Positions 1 to 11,902 are shown, counted from the stretch's first letter. The stretch is DNA of 20,000 bases from Raillietiella orientalis (GCA_036172245.1 JAYWIR010000053.1:982006-1002005), one strand, 5' to 3'. Numbers and translations are program-made. Notes: generated by a model from the sequence alone, not told the origin.

Positions 1-189
1 CTGTTAAAACAATTCCCCAGTTATTTGAGGCTCCAGTGTCTTGATGAAGTAACAACCAATTCCACCCTAATTTGAGGGTTTTCAATCCGGCAAGCAATGG
101 GATAATTGAAGTCAGTAAACTAATTCGAAAACTACAGATATGGATGAAAACAGAACAAAACAAATTAAACCAGAATTATCCACTTTTCA

Positions 190-3100
190 TATGTTCCTTC
201 CTTATCAGAGATTTAGCGCCAGAGGGAATGCCTCTTCCATGAATTCTGACTTCCGAACGAGTTTCCGCATCTTGGTTGGTATCATGAAATTCCTTCTCTT
301 TGACTTCTGCCTTTTTTTAATATACATATTCATTCAAACAGCAGTCCCTTTGATTCTACATGTGGTACTTGCTGATGGATTTGAAGCAAAGCACTTTTTC
401 CATGTTGTCCAAAATGGGTGGCTTGCACATGGTTACCTGAGACGCACTGCCTCCTTCCTACACTGAAATATTCCATATCCATACGAACAAGATTCACCAA
501 CTCTTAATTAGTTTAGCTGATCATACTGGGTGTAGTTGGTTCCCTTGAATCCCTTCCTTCCAGTTTCCTTCCCAAGTAGAAAGAGCCCTTTCTCATGCCA
601 GATTTTCCAGTCTTCTTTCATTTACACACTCTTCAGCTGATAACAAGGAGCAATTGGACAAATTTCCAGAGGATTTGCTCATCCTTTTTGGAGTTTGCAT
701 TTCTCCAGGACTGGTGCCACTACTAGACTCTGGTTGCCAGGCATTGAGGAGAAATTGCTTTCTGTTAGCCTCAGTTCGCCAAGACCTGTATTCTATATTC
801 TCCTGGTCTAATGGTTTCTGCAGTCTTTTGCTTTTGTAGGCCCTACAGCCCTGCGAAAGTAGCATCACTATGTTTGGCATAATGAAATGCTGAGTGCTAA
901 GTATCCTTGCTTACCATATTTACTGCAGCAACCTTTCATGTAAGATGCAACCAAAGGCTGAGAGATCCTCACAAGTGTCTGGCTATTACCCGTAGATTGC
1001 CTGTTGGAAGAAGGTGGGAGTGGTTCGTTTGTTAAGGTGTGGCAGGGAGTTTTGGAGCTTTGAAGAAACTACGACACCAAATATGCCTTCCTGAACAGAT
1101 GTATAACTGTGAGAGTGCTGTCTTTGACATGCCTAAGTATGCTGCCATTCAAGTTGATGTCTCAATCCACATAGGTCCTTAGGAGAGCAACGCCATCAGT
1201 GTAAACGGGAAAACTATTCACCAAAGGCTCGATCGCCTAACGGATGAAGTTCGGGTCCTTTTGATTTAAAGAAAAATTAATTTCCCTCCTTGTGCCATTA
1301 TAAATGAATTCTTATTTCAAATGAGATCATTCCAACCCCAGGTCCAGGAATTGAATCATGGTCTCTACATTCCTGGTTTCCCTTTTCAATTGAGACTTTT
1401 TTCACTTCCCCCATGTAGTCTGCTTAAGTGGTCTACGCATAAGCTGCTGGTTTTGGTGATTTGAGCACTGTAACTTAGAACACCACCGGATTGAACGCTG
1501 CCAAAGCTGCCATCGACACGATTCTTCGTGTGCAGTGTGGACCACTGCTGACAGCAATTCCACTGTACACTTTACACTACATCGTATTGTCACGGAGACC
1601 TCATCAGTTACGAGACTGCCATTTCTGATAACATCGGTTCAACATATGTAAACAAACCTTTTAGAAACCAAAGCAAAACTCGAAATCCAGCGATTCCAAA
1701 GTTGGCTTTGTTAAAATCACCGCTCATTTCTCCTTAATTAAAGTGTATTCCGAGTAAAACTCCAGTCAGTTGATAGATTCATATCTCGTTTCATTATGCT
1801 GAAGCAAATCGTTCTCAGCTCAGGGATAATTCAACGATTCTGTGAATTACTTGGATTTCCAGTGTTGCGATTTCGTAAAGTTTACTTTCCCTGAGGGTTA
1901 CTAATAATCCATTTCGAAATGCAATAAAAAAAATGTTTGTGGCTTCAGTTGGCCATACAAAGAGGTAGACAGTCATGAAGCATTTCTGAAAATTTGGCTA
2001 AATAGGATTGCACATCGGAATCCCACATCTCTTGGCTAACTGTTTCTTGCTCTTTTGCCTTATTAATGGCTTAAGCGTGCAGTTCAAAAAAGTCTCAGAA
2101 AAAAAAGGAAAATCCATCACTTTATACGCATTTCGTGAATCACAGCTTGCAAACGCTTTCCTGCATATAATTCATCTTGAAAATCTCTGCTGTCTGTCGG
2201 TAACTCGGACTTGAAAGAGGGCTACAGTTTCTCCTTCTTACTTTTGACAATCTTTTAATTTTTCATATTTATGTATACAAACACATTTATTATAAGATTA
2301 TGAACAACGAAGATTACGAATAGATGCACCGTTTTCGGTTAGTTTTCTAATAATCTGGTAATAGATTATTACTACTTTAATTCCTACTTGAATTTGTTGT
2401 ATTCTGTATCTAATAATCTGACTGCTTTTTCCTACGGTAGTCAAGGACACTTGTCATTGCATAAAATAGGCATTTATTCATGAATTTCTTTTAAAAAAAA
2501 TTCTCCATGTTCCGCTTGCTAATGGTTCGTCTGCATATTATTATGTATTCTGAAATTCACACCTGAGGGGAATTTTAATACCAAAATTCTTGTGCCTGTT
2601 CACGGTTTCCTGGGTAACAACTGCTGCATCTGGAACAAGGAGACCCTCTTGTGCCTGGTTTGCAATGCTGAGAAAAATTTGAATTCCCAATTTGAAAGCA
2701 GTGAATCACCACAGTATGTTCATCTTCTACAACTGCTTGTTCGTGTCGAATATTCTCCAAGGGGATTTCAGTTTGCTTTCAAACCATGCTAAAATGAAAA
2801 TGGTGGTATTCTTCTGTGTGTATTCGTTTTCTATATAATTTTATTGTACACTTCCTTGTCCAAAGGACAATCTCACTCTTTCCTATGGATCGAGATGTCC
2901 TGGAACTGCCATGCTCTTAACACACTTTATCACAGGAATATCAGCTTTTGAGCTTTCATTATTTATTTTAAAAAATATTAAACAGCTATCAGTTTGCATT
3001 CCATTCTTCTTGATTATCTTAACTTTGACTGCTGCACATGCAGTGGCCTGCAAAGAGAAGACACTTCTGGAGCATCTTGGATCGAACAGCTTCTGACGCC

Positions 3101-5450
3101 TGAATTTCATGAAATGGTATCAGTGGAATTCGCGTTCCTGGGTTTGATCCCTGCTACTTTAAACGCAAGGCGCCGAGAGCGTCCCTGCACTTTCTCTTCC
3201 TTTTTTTCTTTGAATTTGATCTTTTCCTATTACTTTCAAATTTGTTGACAATACCCACTTCGTGATGACTGCATTCGTTTCACATTGCTTTCTGGTCCAA
3301 TGAGATGAGGGATCGCAAAACGACTACTCAATAATTATGCACCCTGCTTTTCTTTGACCTCCAACTTCACTCCTGCGGATATGGTTTCATCTGAGTTTCT
3401 GCTTCTGAACAACAGATGAAAACGTGGAAAGCTGAGTTCTTTAACAAACTCTCTAAAGCAAATGTTTAGAATCCATCGTTTCTACTTCTTGTTGGCCTTA
3501 TTTTCTATGGCTCGAAAGCAATAAAGAATTTACGAAGCAAGAGAACCTGCAGGCCAAGTTCTGTGCCTCTTCCAGCTTCCAGAAGCTCCTTCATCTCTCT
3601 TACAACTTTCTGACTCCCTCTGATACTTTGATTCGTAGATTTCTCAAGAGAAAAAAAATTGCATTCCCTGTTTTCTCGTACGCTCGAAGAAATACTGAAC
3701 GAACAGCCCCTGCTTGCAGTCCCAGTGCTCCTTCACCACTCGGACGGACGACGAACCCTGGACGGAAAAGAACGAGCTCTGGCTTCTTTACATTCCTCGA
3801 GACCTGTCTGGTACCGTCCTCTCGCCGTAATCATTTTCCTGGCGAGCGAGCGCGGAAGACAGCCCAAGACAGGCAAGGTAAATGGGAGCGCACCGACCAC
3901 TCCTTCTCCCGGCCACGTATAACAGCATCTGTGAAAAACAAGCAGCCTTATTCTCTTCCTCCATGCGTCATCTCCTGCATTTTGGATCGACTGCACTGCA
4001 GGGCACGCGTGTTCCAGTTCCGTTTCCGCTCTTCACATCGACAGGAAGCTGCTCCCGTTGCCTCGCTGTTGCTCCATGCGACACCACACGTGCCCTGTCT
4101 GCACGCTGCTAGCATCGCGCGTTCCTCCTCAGCATTCCAGCGGCATAAGCAGATCGGGATCTGCCCCTCGAGGGACTATAGAGGATTCATCAAAGCGCCT
4201 CCGTGAGTCCGCGATTGAAAGAGCTTCGGCTTCCTGCTGTGCGAACACGTCAGCATGACTCTTCGGACCTCGGATGTCGGCAACAAAGGGGCGAGGACTT
4301 CGTCTTGGTCTCCTGGAATCCGATGCGAGATCCTGCCTTTCTTCCAGCTACTCTTGGACGACCTGCCACGGCTGCTCCTCCTTCCTGCAACGGGCAGAAC
4401 CAGGGACCCGTTCTGGCACGCGGAGCTTTTCTTTCCCAAGAACCCGCATTCCGTCCCGTCTGTCGGAAGGCTCACCAGACGCCCAGCGAGAGGATCTGCC
4501 TGGACCGGCAGGGAAGCTGACCCAGCAGCAAATCAAGCAGACGCGCCAATCTTGCCACTTTGTTTGGCGTGCTGTCTGCTCGAGTCGACGCCCTGATGGG
4601 CACGCGGCAGGGAAGCCAGCTCGAAGACCGCATCGCGCCTTCCGCTGGCATCCGCAGTTCGCATCCATCTGACCCGGTGGCCTGCTCATGGTGCAGCTCG
4701 CACAGCGCGCCTCCCACGCCGCGCACTCGTTCGTCACCCGCCCAGGGCGACGGCTCCCCGATTCCTGCCGCTTCGCCCCACCCGGAAAGAGCGGGATCTC
4801 ATCCGGGTGACTGCCCAGGTTGGAACGGGAACACGGAAGTGCGCGAGAGGGACTCGCGTCGGTCTTTTTTCGTCGCAGGAGGAAACGACTGTTGCTGGCA
4901 GTTCCCTTCCCACTTCTTTCCACGGACGAATGGTACGTCTCGATCTTTCGGATACGGAACGCCACGTGGCCAGAGACTGAGCGGCAGCCTATCTTCGGCA
5001 TCCCCTCCCCCCTTTCCATCTGCTCATCCTGGAGGCGGCGAATCCCCGCGGATCCCTTCTGGTGCCTGCGCGAACCATCGCAAGTCGGAACTGAAGAACC
5101 TCCCGACCGTCACTGCGCTGCATTCCCTTCCTGGAAGGGAGCGAAGCCGCTTCCGCTTGGAAATCCAGGAAATCTCCCTTCCAGGAATCCAAAAAAATTG
5201 GACGCCTTGTAGAGTCCCTCCCTTCGAGCCGAATGTGGGACGGCAGCCGAAAGTGTGACCCTTTCTCTACCGCGGTGCGAATCTTCCTTTCCTGCTCCCG
5301 GGACACCCCACGCGCCCGGATCTCTCGCCAGGAGCGTGGGGTCGTCTCGTCGAAGGAAGGGCTTTCATTCGACAAAGAATTCCGCGCTCCCGCGGCTCTG
5401 CAGGTGCCGGTAGCCGGTTGCTTAGAAACCAGTTCCCATCAAAATGTGGC
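190..5450. repeat. Highly diverged direct repeat of ~13190-17080 (remainder of the tandem unit)
   Basis: Short collinear anchors: CC.CATCTTGGTT (265/13269), CCCTGAGGGT (1889/14776), CCTGAGGGGAA (2562/14953), TTGGCCT.ATT (3491/15931), GCTGC.CCCGTTGC.TC (4048/16415), GAATTCCG.GC.CCCG.GG (5377/16964). Offsets step from ~13000 to ~12400 to ~11600. Individually weak, collectively consistent. Confidence 0.65.
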
Positions 5451-6151
5451 AACCCTACAATCTTTGCATCCGCCGACGGATGCGTTTTCTCATCTGGGAA
5501 GAAAGATCGCAAGTAGCGCTGGAATCGACAAGCGAAGTAAAAAACCTGTCGGATCGCTTCTCGGTACTCTTTGGATTCGGCTGCTGCACCACGCTTTGGA
5601 ATGCCTCATGCTTCAACAACCTTTTAGCGTTCGCAAGAGTTACCATGAAGGAACATGCAAAGATTGCGAGGTGAAATTTCGGCTCTCGATTGGGTCGCTT
5701 GTGGCAAAAGTTCACGTGAACTGTAGTCCAAATAGATTCGAGAAAGCATCTGGAGCTATCCTCAAGAAATCCGCGAGTACGTGAGTGGTTGATTCTATTC
5801 ATGCGTGCTTTTCTTGCATGCAACTGGGCATCTGATCCTTGCGAGCGATAGTGACAGGAAAGTCTATGAAGAGCAGCGACTGCAGCTGGAAAACCACCTG
5901 AATTTAGTGACAGTCAAATTCGTTGAGTCGGTCCAAGGTGCCTTGCTTCCTGCATCGAAAACTAAATGGGCTGTCCGTCTAGACCTAGTGAAAGATAGTC
6001 CCCAAGGATGGCATCAGCTACTATGTGGAGCCGGAGAACGATCTCAATGATGCAGAAGAAGAGTAAAGGAAAGAGGCTGCCTTTCTGAAACGCAAGAAAA
6101 GGAAAAAAGTCAAAACAATCCCCTATTGTCTTCTTCCTGTCATTTGGAACG

Positions 6152-9130
6152 AGCCTTAAGATCACTTTTTGAAAAATCAACGGGATTTGGAACCAGCAAA
6201 AGCGAAGGCAGATCACGTGGATCATCAGGTATGACGATATCGTGTGTCTGCCCAAGATTCACGAGACCGACCTGCCTCGAACTCGAGAGACACCAGACGC
6301 CTAGCGGTTCGTAAGCGGAGGTCATGAGAGGAAGGTGGTGGCGATCCTCGTGAAGAACATCGCGCACCATCCTCGAGACGTTTTCTTTGTAGTTTGGTAT
6401 CAGATCATCGGATTCAGATCCGGAAGTGTCCACTACTTCCTGGTGAAGATGTGCGGAAGCTGCCCAGACCCTCCTGCTCATCAAGGTCGCACCAAAGGAC
6501 ATATATATGCCATTTTAACGTTCTGGGCGACGTCATCCACTCCAAAGATGCCCCGGAAGGATGGCGTGCGTTTTACTCGAAGTGCTGGGACCAGAACGAG
6601 AGGCCGACGTCTTCCGAAACATCAAGTGAGGAATCGGCGCGCTGGAGAAGAACATCTTCAAGGATGCGCTCTAAATGCAGTACGAAGACCAAGTTTTGCA
6701 CACGTAGGGAGGAATCGTAAAAGCTTTCCAGAAGCACTGAACTTCCTACTTTCCACAAGATCTCTGCCCAGCAGAGCACAGGGTCATCATGCACCAGCTG
6801 TACAGAAAATTGATCCAGCTGCAGCAAGCTTGGCTCGACGATGAAATTTCCATGGAAAAAGTGAAGAGCGCGCTCGCAGGTCTACGCAAGGACGTGGCGG
6901 CAGGCCTCGATCGTGTGTCCATCTCCCACTATCAAAGGTACCCATACGCCTGCCTACGTCGGTTCCAGGAACTCACACTATGCATCCAGGAAGAACACCG
7001 GCTCCCGGCTTTGTTTACCGAAGCAGGATGCGACTATTGCCCAAGACAAGCGAACTGACGAAAGTCATCCTGTAGCGGCCAATCTACGTTCTCCACTCAG
7101 ATGCCAAGAGATCTGGTATAGCCGCTTGAGTGCGCTTTCACCAGTGCTCGTCTCTCCAACCTAGACGTGCGCGTTGCCAGGATGCCTCGATGAGAAGTGT
7201 GCCTAGCAAGCCCCGGTTACAGCCGGCATATTGGCGATGGCCTGGTTCTGGGCTTCCCGTATATAGAGAAGACCTTCGACACTGTAGACCATAGGATACT
7301 GCTCAAGATACTGAAGAAATTGGGCTTCCAGAGATACTTCAGCCAGCAAGCGGAGAGAATACTCGAGGAGCAGTGCTTCGGGATCTCAACGAACGGATCA
7401 GACACAGGCACAATGCGGATAGGGAGGGGAATTTGCCAAGGAGACGCCCTCAGTTTGATACTGTTCGTCATATGCCTGGAGGCTGTGTCGTCGCTGGTAG
7501 AGACAGAGGCGGTCGCCTTCGAGGAATTTCCAATGATGAATGCAGACTGACTCATCTAGGGTAAACAGACGATCTTCTCTTCTTCCTCAAGGACGAGAGG
7601 ATCAGCTGCGTTCCTCGGTGTAATCAATTCTGTGGGAAAGTCCTTAAGATCAGTGCCCAGATGTTGCAACTCTTATTCACCAGGATCCTGGTTTTCTGCA
7701 CATTAAGGGTGAAGGGAGTTCGAGTGGCGAATGGAGTCAATTATCTAAGAATCCACATCAACGACATCTCAACCGCGCACATTTTGTGGAAAGAAATCCC
7801 AGAGAAAGCAGGAGAAGCATCAGCAAAGTACATCCAGGACGACTTTGGCATGGAGCAAGCGCCAACTTGCGGAATGGCGTTCGATTTCCCAAGGTGCTCT
7901 ATGGAGCAACCTTCAGCCCAATGCACAAGACTCGGATGGAAGTGGAACCGTTGCAGAGAAAGCTTCTGTAGAGACACTGTAAACCGGGGTGAAGCTTGTA
8001 TCATCCTCAAGGTGATAGAATGAGGTCTCTGGCACACTCTATGGAAATCATGTACCCTGGTAACTCCTGAATCTTACTCAGCGATTGGGGCAGGTGGCCA
8101 TTTGCTGTGCACAGCACCCACTCGAGGTTGCTGAGCGGCTCCAGTGGCTTGAAGCAATCACAGGCCAAACAGAAGTGGGTGAACATCGATCCCACGTGGG
8201 AAAGAAAAGACACTGGTGAAAATTTACCAAGTCAAAATGGCGCCTAGGAGCACAGAGCCATGAGAGGAAGAACTGGCCTCGGTAATGCCTTGCTCCCTTC
8301 CCATTCCACGGAAAACGTGGTATGGATAAGCGAAAATCCTAGGCTGAAAATCCGGGATTACAAGCAGTTCGTTAACAGTGGCAACTTTTGTCAGATGCGA
8401 CAGTTCAGATACATCCAGCAGGTGAAAGGAAGATACAACCACAAGAGGCATGAGCTTTGGAAGAATCTTACATCTTGTGCGTGGATGCTGATCACGAAAG
8501 CTAACATTCGGGATGAAATCTTGAATGCACACAAGGACAACTCCCTCGCAATGTGAACCTGCGAGCGGTTGGAGCGACCGTTTGGAGGAGTGTCCACGAT
8601 GCCCTGCTTGTCCTTTACCACGAAGCCGTCCTGAGAGGTTCCAGGACAAAACATCAGAAGGAAAATCTGCAAGATGAGATCTGCGTGGCGTTTTTTTGGA
8701 GACAGGGAAACCCAGCTCCACGTCCTCAGCTCCCTGACGTTGCAATGATATTGGAAGGCACTCAAGGCAATGACAGATCTGCAGAGCAGCACGAGGATGA
8801 CGATCCCGGCAGGACTGTTTAAAAGGAGACGGAAATGTTTCTCGATAAATCCCACGGCCAGAACAAAAGTCGCTCACTTGATCACGAGCATCGTGATCAC
8901 AAGATGGAAGCAACAGAAAAATGCAGCTCCAGCAATGAAAATAGTGAATGAAGAGCTCCTGAAAAAGAGATAGGACTTAAAAGCTGCGCAAGAATCCAAG
9001 CCTAAACAAAACTGAAGAAAACTTCCACATGCGAGGGAACTCCAGTGTCCCCTAGTGCAAACCGTCACACCAAAGCCAACCAATATAAAGTGTAATATGA
9101 AGTGACCCGAGTGACGCCAACTCGCCGTCG
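6152..9130 (+). mobile_element. Degenerate non-LTR retrotransposon (LINE, L1/Tx1-like) ORF2 remnant with internal deletion
   Basis: APE start SLKITF*KINGIWNQQKRRQI...DIVCLPKIHE (6152-6265) and VVAILVKN. RT: EISMEKVKSALAGLRKDVAAGLDRV, IEKTFDTVDH, GICQGDALSLILFVICLE, THLG*TDDLLFF (7550-7585, YADD-equivalent with Tyr to stop). C-terminal zinc-knuckle remnant GDRETQLHVL...YW (~8700-8755) and ITRWKQQKN. Many stops and frameshifts. The 5' boundary and ORF1 are unresolved and may extend to ~5600. Confidence 0.92.
6830..7780 (+). pseudogene. Reverse transcriptase domain of the LINE, frameshifted
   Basis: Ordered RT motifs equivalent to KAPGxDG, DxEKAFDxVxH, GxxQGxxLSxxLF, YADD and YLG (VNYLRI) across several frames. 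Confidence 0.9.
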
Positions 9131-10625
9131 CTCCAAATTATTACGTGCATTGCCGGTTTCTCTCTTGCACCGTAAACATTTCGCCTTCAAGTAAAACCAC
9201 TTCACGGATATGCGGAAAATTGTGACCTTCGGACGAGCATACGGATGAGGAAGCTGTATTCTATTGCTGTCAGGTAGACAAGACTGCAGCGATGTCCAGC
9301 AAAAGATCGTGACGAGCGCAAATTCGATTTTGCTTCACTTTTCTCTGGAGTCGTCTGCAAATTAAGTGAGCACATCATTTCGGGTGCTTACGATTTCAGA
9401 GATATCTGGCAAACAGGCAGCTTTGTCTTACTCTGAATTCTCTTCAGGGCAGCCTTGTTCAGGGGGAAGACTCCGTTGAATGGGATGTTTCCAATGAGCG
9501 CTGACGTTGGATTGTAATGAAAACAGAAGACGGGAACGGATACAACTTTTTAAAGTTTTGAAGATACCACAACCCATGTACGAAAGAAGAGTTTTCTTCC
9601 CCATCTTGAAAAGAATAAAGGGTTGGAAGCAGCATGCAATCCAAGTTGCTCTTTGATTTGCTTCGCTGCGTCCTTATTGCTGACGCCAATATATGACGAG
9701 CTTACTTGGAACCCATCGGCTCGTTTTGGGCACGTTTGGTTTGCGTTGACACCGATGAGGTGCACTTAAAACCACGAAGTTGGTTTTCTTTGCACGGATT
9801 TTCTGACCAAAGTTAGGTGTAAAGGCAGGCTGCTGAGCTGTTCTCCATAGAAAAAGTGTTTCCATCGTTGGGGCATCAGTAGGTGAAAGAATACCTACTG
9901 CACACCCCGAGGAACACTTGGAGTCTATTGCCCATGCCTCGGAATGCGTCGTGCTTGGGGCAAAATCCCCAATCTTGTCACTGATGTTCGCAAAATACAG
10001 CGAATACATGTTCTATTTTGTGTGTTGCGTGTTAATCGCTACCTAACTCCCTTATCCCATTGTCTTTCAAGGGGATTCCCATGTCGTTAGCAGAGTCAGC
10101 GATGGGAAAGCTAAACGACGGAATAGAGGGGGGAAAGCAAAATCTAAAGCGTGTTCTGAAGCTGCAAATTCATTGGAAGATGTGGAAGAAAAATTCATAT
10201 TTCGTAATGCAGAGGAACTCTGCTGCCAGGCAGCAAGAACCTGGCACGTTGCGTATACAGTATCTTCCTGAAGTCTCGAGTAGGGTTACTCGAGGGCAGT
10301 TACTGAGTCGTTCAGTGAAAACGCCCTGGTGCAGGACACATGGGAGGATTCATAAAACCAGAGCTCGTTTCGATAACTGAATTGCGCGGCTGCTAGATGA
10401 AAAAAAAAAGAAGCTGACACTTCATCTTCACTTATCCAAAGCTGATCTTCCTTAATATCTCTGTTATAACGAAGGATCAATTTCAACATCGGCTGAATGA
10501 GTGCAAAAGATATGATAAATACGAGCATGAACAAACGAAAATGGGCTTGCGAACGGTTATTTCTACTGATGTGCTTTCCTTATTTCGTATTCCAAGGTGA
10601 CACGAAAAGAACTAAGAATCGGAAA

Positions 10626-11583
10626 TTACCCAATGCACCATGAGAAATGAACAGCATACGAGCATATTCGACATGGTCTCATTTTAATAGCTAGGCAACA
10701 GCCCTGGTATTTGGAATCGAAGATGATTCCATTCTTCAGTGATTCTATGAAGCCGTATTGCACGTGCCCCACATCATCTTTTGTGAAGTCGACGACAGTA
10801 ATTCGCTCTCCGTTGTATAGGTGGGCTGCATCAGCCTTCCTACAGGAGTGCATGTATATTGCGTCCTTTTTCAGAAATAAAAACGGGGCCATGGTTGTTT
10901 TGCCAGTGTTGCCACAGGTATCGTGACACCAGTGGATTTTTCGTGGATTGGCTTTGCGGCGGATGATGTCCACAATATCCATTTGCCGCTGTTTGAGTTG
11001 GAGCTTTGCCATGGGGTTAGGGTGTTGTCTGGTCCTTGACAGCCGAAAGCACACTTTTATGAAATTTACATTTTTCGAGTAAAACTGTGTGTGATTTTTT
11101 AAAATGTAGAGCTCGTCTGCTCCGTTTTCGATGAGTTGCAGGATCTGAAAGAGGAGAATTTGATTTTATCGTCATCGGTTTTTGGTAACGAACCTGTTCT
11201 TGGTATGATTTTGGTTCGGTGCTTTCGTTGAGAGATCCGTGTGTCCAAGGATTCCTATCTTCTTTACTGCAGTACCGAATGTCGCTCTGTGGCGTGCCTT
11301 CTGCTCGCTCCAAGTGAGTCTTATGGAATGGTTTGCGGTGCGAACCGGGCAAAGTTCTCGGTCCCTTGAGTTGCCTGGAGCCTTGCAAGTGAGGCGTCCC
11401 GGTCTCAGCTGGTTCGCGTCCAATGCAGGCGGAGCAGCACTTCAGTCGGCACCATCGCTTGATGTCTTTGGATTCTTGCTCGGTGCAATTGCAGAAAGTG
11501 ATGCACCAATTGAAGTTAAGTGCGTAAGGCACAGTGACGTACGCGAAATTCACTGAAGGTAAGACTGCGGTGTGGAGGTTCAT
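10626..11583 (-). CDS. rep: CRESS virus replication-associated protein (HUH endonuclease + SF3 helicase); predicted exons 11583-11194 and 11144-10626; C-terminus probably truncated or host-derived
   Basis: RCR motif I WCITFCN, motif II TPHLQG, motif III YCSKE. Walker A in IHWCHDTCGNTGKTT, Walker B ITVVDF, then YGFIESLKNGIIFDSKY (nanovirus/alphasatellite-like helicase segment). The two frames join in phase if GTTCGT...TTTCAG (11193-11145) is spliced: 130+172=302 aa with no stops. No recognisable motif C (h-h-h-x-N) after SKYQG. Confidence 0.88.
11145..11193 (-). other. Predicted 49-nt spliceosomal intron in rep
   Basis: CAG|GTTCGT donor, ATGAC branch-like motif, TTCTCCTCTTTCAG|ATC acceptor. 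Removal joins ...KSYQEQ to ILQLIENGADELY... and deletes the two stops in the downstream frame. Confidence 0.65.
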
Positions 11584-11626
11584 GGTGGTTTATATACTGG
11601 CTAACTGCGCAGTATTTTGTGTTAGC

Positions 11627-11654
11627 GCGATCTGGTCAGTATTACCCACATTGC
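11627..11654 (+). promoter_or_regulatory. Rolling-circle origin stem-loop with nonanucleotide CAGTATTAC (11637-11645)
   Basis: GCGATCTGG-TCAGTATTAC-CCACATTGC: 9-bp stem with one mismatch and one G-T pair, NAGTATTAC in the loop, about 45-70 nt upstream of the rep ATG. Confidence 0.85.
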
Positions 11655-11902
11655 ACAGTAATCATCCGACACCGTGGGAAGCTGTTATGTAAGCATTTTC
11701 ATTTTGAGTGCCTGGTTTTTTTTATCCGCAGTCGTGGAGGACTTAGGGATGCGCAAAAGCGATATGCTTTCCAGCTCAAGTGTCTGGTTTCACCCGACCT
11801 CGTGGAAGGCTAGTGTAGTCGGGTGGGCATGGCCCACCAGCTCAGAGTTGAGAGGGGTGGGGGGATCGAAAAATCCTCAGCAAGCTTTCTAGAAGCCGAA
11901 CG

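Noticed and set aside
3628..5784. Numerous overlapping 100-230 aa ORFs as genes or LINE ORF1
   Set aside because: Arg/Ser/Pro-rich products typical of GC-rich shadow frames, no zinc knuckle or RRM recognised, and most of the region aligns to the tandem unit rather than the LINE.
7217..8913. Minus-strand ORFs over the LINE (e.g. 8224-8913, 7217-7555)
   Set aside because: Antisense to recognisable LINE ORF2 motifs, with no independent evidence.
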